From the NCBI GenBank assembly GCA_964016885.1, contig OZ024740.1, forward strand, positions 104,656,001 to 104,720,000: DNA of 64,000 nt, read 5' to 3'. The notes beneath the pieces are model-generated. The model saw only the letters and a program-made list of their open reading frames with translations. It was not told where the DNA came from and made no database searches. This stretch comes from Eledone cirrhosa. Taxonomy: Eukaryota. Numbering within the stretch: position 1 is the stretch's first letter; the number at the start of each line of letters is the position of its first letter. A program made the position numbers and the translations under genes. This document shows, one piece after another, positions 37,508 to 50,019 of this stretch.

Positions 37508-40500
37508 AAAACTACGGTGACAGTAATATCTGCGTACGCACCCCAATCCGGACTGCCCGGCGCTATAAAAGACAGATTCTACGAGACACTGATGCTCGCT
37601 ACCTCCCAAATAACCGACAGTGACTATATAGTTATTGCAGGCGACCTAAATGGTCACGTTGGACAACATTGTGACGGCTATGACGGAATCCATGGAGGCT
37701 ATGGGTTCGATACTAGAAATGAGGAAGGCTCCAGAATCCTGGAATTCTGCGACGCAAATAACTTAACTATCTGTAACACTAACTTCAAAAAACGAGACAA
37801 TCACTTGATCACCTATAGATCGGGGGAACACACAAGCCAGGTAGATTATATCCTTACCAGAAGACGTGACAGAGTGTCTGTTGTTAACACTAAATCCCAC
37901 CCCCATGAAGAATTCACCTCCCAACATAGACTGATAATTAGCGACCTCATAGTCAGGACGAGACGTACTAGACAGCGGAAGAGGACTATCCTCAGGAGAA
38001 AAATATGGAAGCTAAAGGACCCCATAGCCAGAAATAAATTTCAAAGCATATTACTTGACGCTTTCGACAGTAAGGAAGAGCAATTAGAGTCGTATAATAT
38101 AGAGGAACAGTGGGAATTCCTGAGAGCAAACCTGCTGACGGCGGCAGACGAAGTCTGTGGCTGGAGCAGGCCTGTAGGTAGGAGGAGAGTAACATGGTGG
38201 TGGAACAGTAAGGTGGAGGAGTCAATTAAGGCCAAAAAGCAGGCTTGGAAAGTATGGCGGGATGGGGGAAGTAGAGAAGACTATCAAGTGGCCAGGAGGG
38301 AAGCTAGGAGACAAGTGTACTTCGCAAGAAGGGAAGCAGAGGAAAGAAAGTTCAAGCATGTTCTACAACGTGAGGACCAAAAACGTGAGGTGTTCAGGAT
38401 TGCCAGGCAATGTGTCAAGGAAAAGCGTGATATTGTCGGGGAGAAGTGTGTACTTAACGATGATGGCATACTTGCCATCACCGACGCTGATAAGAAGGTA
38501 GCTTGGAAGTGTCACTACGAAAGGCTTCTAAATGAGGAGAACAAATGGGAGAAAGACAGTCTCCCCCAGATCGATCCAATAGAGGGACCAGCAGTGTTAG
38601 TTGAAGGTAGTATAATAAGTAAGGCAATCAAAGATATGAAGACGGGTAAGGCGGCTGGGCCTTCGGAAATAGTTGCTGAGATGCTGAAGGCATCTGGTTC
38701 GGTGGGACACACCATGGTCACCCGGATAGTTAACCAAGTCGTACAGAATGGGGTTGTTCCGAAGGAATGGCATAGCAGCATCATCGTTAACTGCTATAAG
38801 GCAAAAGGAGATGCCCTAGATAGGAGTAACTATAGAGGCATTAAATTAATTGACCAGGTTATGAAGGTCACGGAAAAAGTAATAGCGCAACTAATCAGAG
38901 AGAGAATTGATCTAGATGAAATGCAGTTCGGGTTTGTGTCAGGCAAAAGTACCACAGACGCTCTTTTCATTGTACGACAACTACAGGAGAAGTACCTAGC
39001 TAAAAGTAAACCCCTATACTTAGCTTTCGTCGACTTGGAGAAAGCCTTCGACAGAGTCCCCCGTTCCATTATCTGGTGGTCTCTTAGAAAACTAGGTGTT
39101 GACGAATGGCTTGTGAGAGCTATACAAGCCATGTATAAAGAAACAGTCAGTAAGGTTAGAATTAACAACGAATATAGTGAAGAGTTTAGCGTAAAAGTTG
39201 GTGTCCATCAGGGCTCTGTTCTTAGCCCCCTACTATTTATTATTGCCCTTCAGGCTATAACAGAGGAGTTCAAGACCGGCTGCCCATGGGAACTCCTATA
39301 CGCAGATGATCTAACGCTCATAGCTGAATCAATGACCGAACTAGAGAAGAAATTCCAAACATGGAAGCACGGCCTAGAATCAAAAGGCCTTAAAATTAAC
39401 CTGGCTAAGACTAAAGTTCTAGTTTGTAGGAAAGAAAATAAGGCGGCGGTCCCATCTGGGAAATGGCCATGCTCAGTGTGTAGGAAAGGCGTAGGTAGAA
39501 ACTCCATTTTATGTCCCAAATGCAAAGTATGGGTGCATAAAAGATGTAGTGGGATCACAGGTAAGCTAACTAAGAACATAGATTTTACATGTGGCCGGTG
39601 CTCTGGTGCAATAAGTAGCAGCAAGTGCCCACAAAATACTAGCTCCTTCAACTGCGCAGAGGGTTCTATAGAAATAGTGGACAGCTTCCGTTATCTGGGT
39701 GACAAAATCAGCAGTGGGGGAGGGTGCTCTGAAAGTACAGTAGCTAGAGTCAGAACTGGATGGAAAAAGTTCAGAGAGCTTATACCACTATTAGCCGCTA
39801 GAGGGTTCTCCCTAAAAATGAAAGGCAGGTTATACGATGCCTGCATACGAACAGCAATGCTGCATGGCAGTGAGACCTGGGCATTGTGTGCAGAGGATAT
39901 ACGCAGACTAGAGAGGAACGAAGCTTGCATGCTCCGCTGGATGTGTAACAGTAATATACGTGAACGGCAAAGCATAAACGAACTAAGGAAAAAATTAGAA
40001 ATAAGAGGGATCAGATGTTGTTTACTCGAGAGAAGGCTACGTTGGTACGGTCACGTGATGCGCATGAAAGACGACAGCTGTATAACAAAGTGCAGGGCAA
40101 TAAAGATAGACGGTAGCCACGGAGTAGGCAGACCCAGAAAAACATGGGACGAGCTGATAAATTCTGACCTCGCACGCTTACACCTCTCCAAGACAATGTC
40201 ACTGGACCGAGACCTTTGGCGGTACTCAGTAATAGAGAAGACCCGCCTCACCTAAATACAAAGTAAAAACCTACTACAGTCAGTAGGCATCTCTATCAAA
40301 ACACACCCCCGTCCCACCACCTCCACACCGCCCCTTTCAATGTAAAGTTATGTTGGTCCCACAACATCCAGGCCGAAACAAATGAGATCGTGTAGGTGTC
40401 ACGACAAAAAACACACAGTCCACGCTGTAAATGTGGCCGTGTAGGCAACACGGTAAAAACCTCCCAGCCCCACACTGTAAATGTGGTTGGTGTTAGGAAG

Positions 40501-40753
40501 GGCATCCAGCTGTAGAAAACCCGCCAGACAGTCCACGCTGTAATATGGCCGTGTAGGCAACATGGTAAAAACCTCCCAGCCCCACACTGTAAATGTGGTT
40601 GGTGTTAGGAAGGGCATCCAACTGTAGAAAACCCGCCAGACAGTCCTATGCAAGCAAGACAACCACTCTTGCCTCAAGTGGGAAAACCCCCGTCCAAACC
40701 CATGCAAGCGTGGAACACGGACGCTAAACCTGATGATGATGATGATGATGATG
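37508..40753 (+). mobile_element. young 5'-truncated RTE-PHD LINE with ~500-bp 3'UTR and (GAT)n tail
   Basis: Contains an uninterrupted 912-aa ORF; the 3'UTR has an internal ~120-bp tandem duplication. Confidence 0.95.
37517..40255 (+). CDS. RTE retrotransposon polyprotein (partial APE, RT with embedded PHD finger)
   Basis: SAYAPQ, GDLNGHVG, VDYIL, SQHRL (APE); NYRGIKL, DLEKAFD, GVHQGS, LLYADD, FRYLG (RT); C4HC3 finger at 39470-39601. The APE N-terminus is missing. Confidence 0.92.
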   Translation: MTVISAYAPQSGLPGAIKDRFYETLMLATSQITDSDYIVIAGDLNGHVGQHCDGYDGIHGGYGFDTRNEEGSRILEFCDANNLTICNTNFKKRDNHLITYRSGEHTSQVDYILTRRRDRVSVVNTKSHPHEEFTSQHRLIISDLIVRTRRTRQRKRTILRRKIWKLKDPIARNKFQSILLDAFDSKEEQLESYNIEEQWEFLRANLLTAADEVCGWSRPVGRRRVTWWWNSKVEESIKAKKQAWKVWRDGGSREDYQVARREARRQVYFARREAEERKFKHVLQREDQKREVFRIARQCVKEKRDIVGEKCVLNDDGILAITDADKKVAWKCHYERLLNEENKWEKDSLPQIDPIEGPAVLVEGSIISKAIKDMKTGKAAGPSEIVAEMLKASGSVGHTMVTRIVNQVVQNGVVPKEWHSSIIVNCYKAKGDALDRSNYRGIKLIDQVMKVTEKVIAQLIRERIDLDEMQFGFVSGKSTTDALFIVRQLQEKYLAKSKPLYLAFVDLEKAFDRVPRSIIWWSLRKLGVDEWLVRAIQAMYKETVSKVRINNEYSEEFSVKVGVHQGSVLSPLLFIIALQAITEEFKTGCPWELLYADDLTLIAESMTELEKKFQTWKHGLESKGLKINLAKTKVLVCRKENKAAVPSGKWPCSVCRKGVGRNSILCPKCKVWVHKRCSGITGKLTKNIDFTCGRCSGAISSSKCPQNTSSFNCAEGSIEIVDSFRYLGDKISSGGGCSESTVARVRTGWKKFRELIPLLAARGFSLKMKGRLYDACIRTAMLHGSETWALCAEDIRRLERNEACMLRWMCNSNIRERQSINELRKKLEIRGIRCCLLERRLRWYGHVMRMKDDSCITKCRAIKIDGSHGVGRPRKTWDELINSDLARLHLSKTMSLDRDLWRYSVIEKTRLT

Positions 40754-41465
40754 ATATAGGGGGGTATAGATGTGTATGTGTGGATATAGATATGTATGGA
40801 TATGTATATATATGATTATATGCATGCGTGTGGATGTGTATTTAGGTTTGCATTTATTTGCACGTATGTATATTTTGGTTAGATATCAATATAACTGTAC
40901 CTCTCTATATGTAGTGTGAATATATGCACTTTGTAGACTATGAAATTTATGTGTTTTAACTATGTCAACATGTACTTATCTGAGTTTGATTGTTTATGCA
41001 TAAACATACTTATTAATATTTTAGAACGTATAATATGTTATATTATACTGAGTGCAATTTACCACACCGTACTATATTGTGTTGGTTAAGTTGTATATTA
41101 TCGCATTACTATATCTCATCTTATTATAATTTTCATCTTTTAATATACTATCTTTCCTAGCCATAACATTAATTTATATTCACCTTAAAACTCAATACAA
41201 CACTAATCACCATTTATTTTGACATTCCTTTTAAATTCACTATACAAGATACATTCAACTATCAGCTTGACAATCCCTTTCGTTCCTAATAGATTTTTAT
41301 GCCATTTCTACTAACACCTTTCAACCATTCCTTTCAAAGGGTCATGACCTCAACTAAAGTGTATTACTTTTCATCTTAACACCATATGAAAAAAACAATT
41401 TCATTTGTTAGTTCTTCAACTACCTCCAAATATGGACATGATACTAATTCTGAGTAAAATTATTA

Positions 41466-41599
41466 TTGGTTTTGAAAACAGCTGGTGATATGCATGTAAG
41501 TAAATATTCTCTCTATATGATAGTTTGTAAACTTACATAGATCAATAACTGAGTATTGATACAATGTATTATCATCATCTAGAAACGATCGTAAAGCAG
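41466..41599 (+). ncRNA. type I hammerhead motif, U3-A8 core variant, long branched stem II
   Basis: Stem I TTGGTT/AAGCAG (one mismatch); core TTGAAAA 41472-41478; stem II AGCTGGTGATA-TGCAT/ATGTATTATCATCATCT; GAAA 41582-41585; palindrome ACGATCGT; GTA site at 41593. Confidence 0.55.
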
Positions 41600-41944
41600 C
41601 GAAGTATATCTCTAATGACTTGATTTTTTATTTCATTGTTTTAACTTATATCATGACTGTTTTTCTTTTAATGTTTTTGTTTTCTGAGATTTATCTTAAC
41701 CTACAACATTTTCAACATATGGATTACATTGAGTTCTTCATACAGAATAGACCCCACGGTTTTTGGGGGTGCCTATACTATTCTCATTTATCCTTGAGCT
41801 ATTCCTATTGTAATTAATGATAGCAGGAGAATGAAGGTTGCTTTGTGGGTGGTTTGGTGCTAGAGTTGTATTGCAATTTTGTGTTCTGTTGTTTTTGTGT
41901 TGGTGATTTGGGTGGTTGTGTTTTCTAGTTTATTAATTAATTCT

Positions 41945-42838
41945 ATCGTGCAATGCCTGTGCGTGAAGATATTTTTTAAAGTGAGGAAAGACTGCATTGA
42001 GCCAATCACTCTCTCTGAGTGACAGTAGCTATAACCAGAAAAGAAGAAAAGATCAACATCATCGGTAACTACTGAGCCGCAGGTTTTATGTCGGAGTTAT
42101 CCCAGTTTCCTGAGTTGCCTTCTCATAAAAGAATGCCCTGAGAAAGGCTAGGGGTCCTTCATTCCCGGTGATTTAACCATGCGATCGGGTGTCCAGCCCG
42201 ACTATTTCTATATCCCCACGCATATACATATATATGTACATCATCATCATCATCATCAGGTTTAGCGTCCGTGTTCCACGCTTGCATGGGTTTGGACGGG
42301 GGTTTTCCCACTTGAGGCAAGAGTGGTTGTCTTGCTCGCATAGGACTGTCTGGCGGGTTTTCTACAGTTGGATGCCCTTCCTAACACCAACCACATTTAC
42401 AGTGTGGGGCTGGGAGGTTTTTACCGTGTTGCCTACACGGCCACATTACAGCGTGGACTGTCTGGCGGGTTTTCTACAGCTGGATGCCCTTCCTAACACC
42501 AACCACATTTACAGTGTGGGGCTGGGAGGTTTTTACCGTGTTGCCTACACGGCCACATTTACAGCGTGGACTGTGTGTTTTTTGTCGTGACACCTACACG
42601 ATCTCATTTGTTTCGGCCCATGTGTATATACATATTTACACACTTTTGGATGGCCGTTGACTCTTATGAGTTCTTCCGCCCTTTATCAGGTTTGTTTTTT
42701 GTCTTGCAGGGTGTCCAAAATCACCCTCCTCACCAAGTAAACTTGGTGGGGTTGCCGGTTTAGTTGCCGACGACACGACCATGCGACAGGTTGTACTGGG
42801 TTACATGTTACCAGTAACACTCAAGAGTGACCTGACAC
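41945..42838 (-). mobile_element. RTE (zinc-finger lineage) 5'UTR, interrupted by an RTE-PHD 3'UTR insertion at 42238-42620
   Basis: 41945-42215 aligns to 22745-23015; 42643-42838 aligns to 19662-19855. The insert is the reverse complement of 40370-40750. Confidence 0.8.
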
Positions 42839-42839
42839 T

Positions 42840-44900
42840 GTTTGCTACTTCTTATCAGAAGAGTGCTATACCTTCATTGAACATTGCACGATCATGTGCA
42901 CGTAGGTGACACTTGAACTGTCCGTCTCCTGGCAAAACTGGCTGGGGTGTGTCTTCATGCATTTACCATGTCTGGTCAGTTCACCTGCTGACTTGCAAAT
43001 TAAGCCACTCTCACTCAAATTAACCATGGAGTCTGTGGCGGTAGAACCATCTCGCAGTTGGCTCGATTTCTCTCTGGCTCATGTGATTTTAGATGGTTAA
43101 CAAAACCAGCTCTTGTTAGAAGAAATTGGCCACATATGTTGCACCTCAATTCCTGCTGGATTTTTGCAGGCACTGCACTTGAGCCCTGCTTACGAAGTAA
43201 ATACTTCAAAACAGCATGCTCCATTCGCTTTTTCTCAAAGACATCACATCCATATTTGATGATCTTTCTCCATGATGTATGGCCTTCAGCCAGTATCTCT
43301 CAGTTATACATATCAATCTTCAGAGCTTTAAGATTGTCTTTTATGACATACTTAAACTGCTTCTTTGGTTTATGCTGTGGCCTTTTTCCTCTGGTCAACA
43401 CCCCATAAAATAACTATTTAAGCAGATTTCCATCTTCCATCCTGACCACATGACGAGCCCAACACATCTGGTTCATAATAATCCTTCTCTCAATATTGGT
43501 GCTACCTGCTTTCTCAAGTACCGCAGGATCAGGTGTGTAAGAGGACCAGTTGATGCTCAGGATGTGTCATATACGATGCAGATGAAATCTTTCCAACTGC
43601 CTGATATGATGCCTGTGATTTCTCCACATTTTGCACCCATATAGCAGGGTTGTAAGAACATAGCCCTCATACACAGAGAGCTTTGTGTTTTTCGTGATAC
43701 TCCTTATTTGACCAGACTCGCTTCTCAAGCTTCCCGAAGAGAAGACTTGCTTTCACAATCCTGTGATCTATTTCAGCATCGAGGGTACCATCTCTACTAA
43801 GTGTACTTCCAAGATACACAAATCTGTCTACCACCTCTCACGAAAATGTCTGGCCCCATATACACTTTCCCAACTGGTAGAATGTACATTCCCTTTGTCT
43901 CTTTTATACTAATATTTATCCTAAACACTATGTATGCATTGGAGAAGGTGTCCATTATCAACTGCATATCCTCTACAATGTGAACTACAAAATCTGTATC
44001 ATTAGCATACAGGAACTCCCTAACAAAAGTGCCAAATGTTTTGGACTTGGTGTTAAATCATCTTAGATTAAAGACTTTGCCAGAGGTTCTAATTTACAAG
44101 TGTACACCGATTTTGAAGTCTTGGAAGACATATCTCAGCAGCATGGCAAAGTAGATCGACAGCAGAGTGAGTGTAGATATGTCACCTTGCTTAACACCGT
44201 TTTCCACTGAAATATACATACATACATTGGTTGGTTGTCTGCTCAATACAGAGCTTGAGCACTTAATGTACATGAAGGTCATTTCCAGCATGGTGTCTTA
44301 TGTGGCGTTTTAGACCAGCCATGGAAGCAAAAAGTTGACCACACAAATTACAGGTAAATTTTGGCAAAGACTGTGGTGCCTGCTCTTGATGTACTTTAAC
44401 ATATCTCTTTAAACCTCCTTGATATTTACAAATTTTGTGGTAGATGTGTCATCAATTAGGGTTTACTGGCAAGTAGCTGCTATAGTCAATATGAGACTGA
44501 TTATTGATAGATGAAACCTTAATATCATGCTCATGTTCTGTAACCATGTTTTTTTCCTAATTTTACATTATATATTGGCGTGTTTTATTTTGCTTTCCTC
44601 AAAGCTTTTCATACCATCCCATACTTTTGAGCGCCAATTATTATGATCTGCTGTCAAAACTTCAAGTTGCCTTGCATCAACTCTGATGTTTTTAAAAATT
44701 TCCTTCAGTGAATCCTTGAACCTTTTCCTGGGTTTACACTGTGTTTGTTTCCCCTGAACAAGTTCACCATTAAACAACCATTTTGGAGTACATTCATCAT
44801 GCATACGCACAAGGTACCTTGACCATCTGAGTTGGTTTCTCAAGATTAAACATTGAATTAAAGGGATACCTGCAGCAGCTAGAACATCAGTGTCTAGAAC
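42840..44900 (-). mobile_element. degenerate zinc-finger RTE fragments (42840-44290; 44470-44900)
   Basis: [44 protein letters not shown]...KPRKRFKDSLK. Confidence 0.8.
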
Positions 44901-45149
44901 ATACATACATACATACATATCAGAATATATATGAATGTGAACAGATGCAGTTTTGTATACTGCTTACTGTGTGGTATACACAAGCATATGTATATCCATG
45001 TGTATATGTGTATACATTAGATGTCATAGTCATGTTGAAATTCTCAGATGAAATGTTAAATACAGGAAATAGTCTTAAAAATCAGCCACAACAGTAAACA
45101 AATATTGCCTGGCTAGGTTGTAATTAGGTAGGGGGAGACAACTTGTCAC

Positions 45150-45905
45150 CCACATCTATTACTGCCACTGCTCCCATCAGTATCAGCACGAAGACCACAG
45201 TCAATATCAACATCAACATTATCACAAATACCACCATCACCACAACCACCACCACAACCATCACCACCACCATCACCACAACCACCACCACCAACACCAC
45301 CACCAACATCACCATTACCACCACTATCACAACCATCATCACAACAACTACGACAACCACCACCATCACAACCACATCATCACAACCACCACCACCACCA
45401 CTAACAACCATCACCATCACAACTACCACCACCTCCACTACAAACAACCATCACCATCACAACTACCACCACCACTACCACTACTAACAACCATCACCAT
45501 CACAACTACCACCACCACCACCACCACTACTAACAATCATCACCATCACAACTACCACTACTAACAACCATCACCATCACAACTACCACCACCACTACCA
45601 CTACTAACAACCATCACCATCACAACTACCACCACCACCACCACCACTACTAACAATCATCACCATCACAACTACCACCACCACCACCACTACTAACAAC
45701 CATCACCATCACAACTACCACCACCACTACCACTACTAACAACCATCACCATCACAACTACCACCAACACCACCACCACCACCACTACTAACAATCATCA
45801 CCATCACAACTACCACTACTAACAACCATCACCATCACAACTACCACCACCACTACCACTACTAACAACCATCACCATCACAACTACCACCAACACCACA
45901 ACTAC
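45150..45905. repeat. (ACC/ATC/AAC)n trinucleotide-derived minisatellite
   Basis: Recurrent ACTAACAACCATCACCATCACAACTACCACC unit. Confidence 0.9.
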
Positions 45906-46274
45906 AACTGAGGATAGGTTGGGTAAGGAGGACGACTCTAGTTAAACACCTCTTCCTTTCCCTTTCACATTCCAGAGTTTGGAAATGTTTTTTTAAGGGA
46001 CCTTGTCACCTGTCATTCACAGAACAGGATGGACAGCATGGTGGTGGTGGTGGTGTCTGCAGCATTAAATGTTGGTTGTAATGTTAGTGGTGGTGGTGGA
46101 GGTGATGGATGTTGTGTGTGGAGTGGGGTGGGGGATGTTGTGTGAGAGTGGTGGGGGTGGTGGAAGTGTTACAGAAGTTCCTCTAGCTTTTTACCTTACA
46201 TAAATTCTGACATAAATATCACCTGATTCATCTGACCACTGCTATCACTACTTCCTCCACTACCTTACCTCCTA

Positions 46275-46650
46275 CAATCACATATATACACAGGCATGCA
46301 CACACACCACACACACACAGACAGAGACACACATACACACGCACACACACATAGACACACACACTGACAGACACACACACAGACAGACATACAGACAGAC
46401 ACACAGACGCAACACACATAAACAGACACACACACAGATGCAACACACATACACACACAGACAGCTGCACACAGACACACAAACACCGGCACACACACAC
46501 AAACATATATATACACACATACAGAGACATACAGACACAGACACACAAATGCATGTGCACACACACACACATACACCCAAACACACACACACATACACAC
46601 ACACAGACATATTCACACACATACCAACATTCACACGTGGACATACACAC
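46275..46650. repeat. degenerate (CA)n microsatellite
   Basis: Directly visible. Confidence 0.9.
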
Positions 46651-46669
46651 AAGCCTTGACGGACAGCTA

Positions 46670-48710
46670 TTACATACCACCACCATCACCATCATTACCA
46701 CCAACACCACTACCATCACCACTACCAACACCACTACCATCACCACCACCAACACCACCACCACCATCATTACCACCAACACCACTACCATCACCACTAC
46801 CATCACCACCACCAACACCACTACCATCACCACTACCATCACCACCACCAACACCACTACCATCACCAACACCACTACCATTACCACCACCAACACCACT
46901 ACCATCACCCCCACCAACACCACTACATCACCAACACCACTACCATCACCAACACCACCACCATCATTACCACCAACACCACTACCATCACCACCACCAC
47001 TACCATCACCAACACCACTACCATCACCACCACCCACAACACTACCATCACCATCACCAACACCACTACCATCACCACCACCAACACCACTACCATCACC
47101 AACACCACTACCATCACCACCACCAACACCACCACCATCACCACCACCAACACCACTACTATCACCACCACCAACACCACTACCAGCATCACCACCAACA
47201 CCACTACCATCACCACTACCAACACCACCACTAACAGCAATACCATTACATATAAACAACACTACCATCACCACCACCAACACCATCACCACCACCAACA
47301 CCACTACCATCACCACCACCAACACCACTACCATCACCACCACCAACACCACTACCACCACCACTACTACCAACACCACTACCATCACCACCACCAACAC
47401 CACTACCATCACCACCACCAACACCACTACCATCACCACCACTAACACCACTACCATCACCACCACCACTACCACCACCACTACTACCAACACCACTACC
47501 ATCACCACCACCACTACCATCACCACCACCACTACTATTACCACCACCAATACCACTTCCATCACCACCACTAACAACACTACCATCACCACCACCAACA
47601 CCACTACCCTCATCACCACCAACACCACTACCATCATCACCACCAACACCACTACCATCACCACCACCAACACCACTACCATCACCACCACCAACACCAC
47701 CACCAACACCACTACCATCACCACCACACCACCACCACTACCATCACCACCACCAATACCACTTCCATCACCACCACCATCACCACACCAACACTACTAC
47801 CATCACCACCACCACTAACACCACTACCATCACCACCACCACCAACACCACCACCACTAACACCACTACCATCACCACCACCACCACTACCATCACCACC
47901 ACCACCAACACCACCACCACCAACACCACTACCATCACCACCACTAACACCACTACCATCACCACCACTACCATCACCACCACCAACACCACTACCATCA
48001 CCACTACCAACACCACTACCACCACTACCATCACCACCACCAATACCACTTCCATCACCACCACCAACACCACTACCATCACCACCACCAACACCACTAC
48101 CATCACCACCACCACTAACACCACTACCATCACCACTACCACCATCACCACCACCAACACCACCACCACTAACAACACCACCACCACCACCACTACCATC
48201 ACCACCACCAACACCACTACCATCATCACCACTAACAGCAATACCATTACACCATAAACAACACTTCAACTATACTATCACAATACATTAACTCCAACAC
48301 CTCTACCATCACAACTACCCCCACCACTACTATCACACCACTACAACACCTCATCACCACAAGACTAAACCATCACAATACTCCACCACCACAACACCAC
48401 ACCATCAAACCACCACAAACCACACCATCACAACACCACACCACTGCAACACCACACCACCAAACTACTGCAATACCACACCATCACAACACTACACCAC
48501 CACACCACCACAACACAACACCATCACAACATCACAACACCACACGACCACACCTCACACCACCACACCACCACAAGACCACACCACCACACCACCACAA
48601 GACCACACTACCACACCATCACAACACCACAACACTACACCATCACAACATCACAACAACACAACACCACACTACTATAACACTACAACACCACACCACC
48701 TCAACACCTA
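46670..48710. repeat. (ACC)n-derived minisatellite (AACACCACTACCATCACCACCACC), then (CACCA)n
   Basis: Directly visible; CTAACAGCAATACCATTACA recurs at 47231 and 48232. Confidence 0.9.
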
Positions 48711-50019
48711 ATTAGAAGCATCAAAGACAAGAACACAAGCCAAGATGAATCATTGAGAACTTCTGCATGGTTACTCGACCTGCTAGAAATAATAGCCAAA
48801 TTCATTTAAATACTTTGTATGCATATATGAAACTGTGATGAAGTTGTATGGGTGTTGTAGTGATATACAGCATGTCTTGGGCATTTTTATATTTGGCAGA
48901 GCCCAACCCCTCTCCAGGTCTAAGCACAACTGATTTCTTTCAGATAGAGAGAGAAAGAGAGAGGGGAAGGATGATAGAGTGGAAGTGAGAAAGAGATATA
49001 GAGGAAGAATCGACCCCAGTACTTGACTGGTACCTTTTTATCGACCGTGAAAGGATAAAAGGCAAAGTTGACCTTGGCTTGGCAGGATTTGAACTCAGAA
49101 AGTGCAGAGAACTGGAACAAATACTGCAAAATATTCCATCTGTCGTTCTAACGATTCTGCCAATTTGTGACCTTCAAATCATATCTTGCTATCTTAAACA
49201 TAGGACACACAGCCTTAGAAATACAAATGAACAGGATAGTTATGGCTAGAATTAGATTATAGATTTGTTCAATCAGGGCTGACCTAAACAACAATAATAG
49301 CACTATGATGAAGCCTCTACTTTGTCATCAGACTTGCTAGAAATAGTTAAATTCTCTCAAACCACATCATCAACATCACCGTTTTTACGTCCATTTTTCC
49401 ACACTTGCATGGGTTGGATGGGTTCCTTTTCAGCACAACATCTCTCCACATGTTGTAATTCTTCTCATCACCTCTGTGAGTCTCAACGATTTAAGGTCAG
49501 CTCTTACCACCTCTGCCCAGGTCTTCCTTGGTCTACCTCTACTGTGACTTCCTTCCATTGGTATTTCCTGGCACTTCTTCACCCAACGATCATCATCCTA
49601 TCTCTGGAAATAAGAATGGACACAAGGGAGCCTCTACATAGTCATTTGACCAGTTAGAAATAACAGCCAAATATCCCTCAAATAGCACCCTACCTTCCCA
49701 ATAAGGAACATATTGAACAATGTAGTTTGAGGTACACTATTGCTGAATAAAAAGAGGTGATGGCCATGGCTAGAATGTTTTTGATTGTAGGTCTACTAGA
49801 TCAGAATTGATGTGGGTTAAAAAACAACAATATAGATAACAACACTAGACGAAACTATATTTTCATTTTGCTTTCCCTACCATCTTCAATATTGAGTTTG
49901 TAATTGTAACCTTTTAAGCTTCAACTCTAAATCCAAGCAAACTATTTGAATACCTTTAGAAGTTAAACTTTATAACCTAAAATGTGTTTAGAAATTTTTG
50001 ATAAATAAAGTCTCCAAGT

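Noticed and set aside
38041-40251. Recurrent antisense ORFs over RTE copies
   Set aside because: They are shadows of the LINE coding strand and recur only because the element is repeated.
45945-46230. Strong polypyrimidine tract plus CAG (possible exon acceptor at ~45975)
   Set aside because: No convincing reading frame or recognisable protein follows.
46228-48269. Long Thr/Pro-, His- and Val/Gly-rich ORFs resembling mucin or extensin
   Set aside because: Open in several frames on both strands because (ACC)n lacks stops; the period shifts frame and no unique domain is present.
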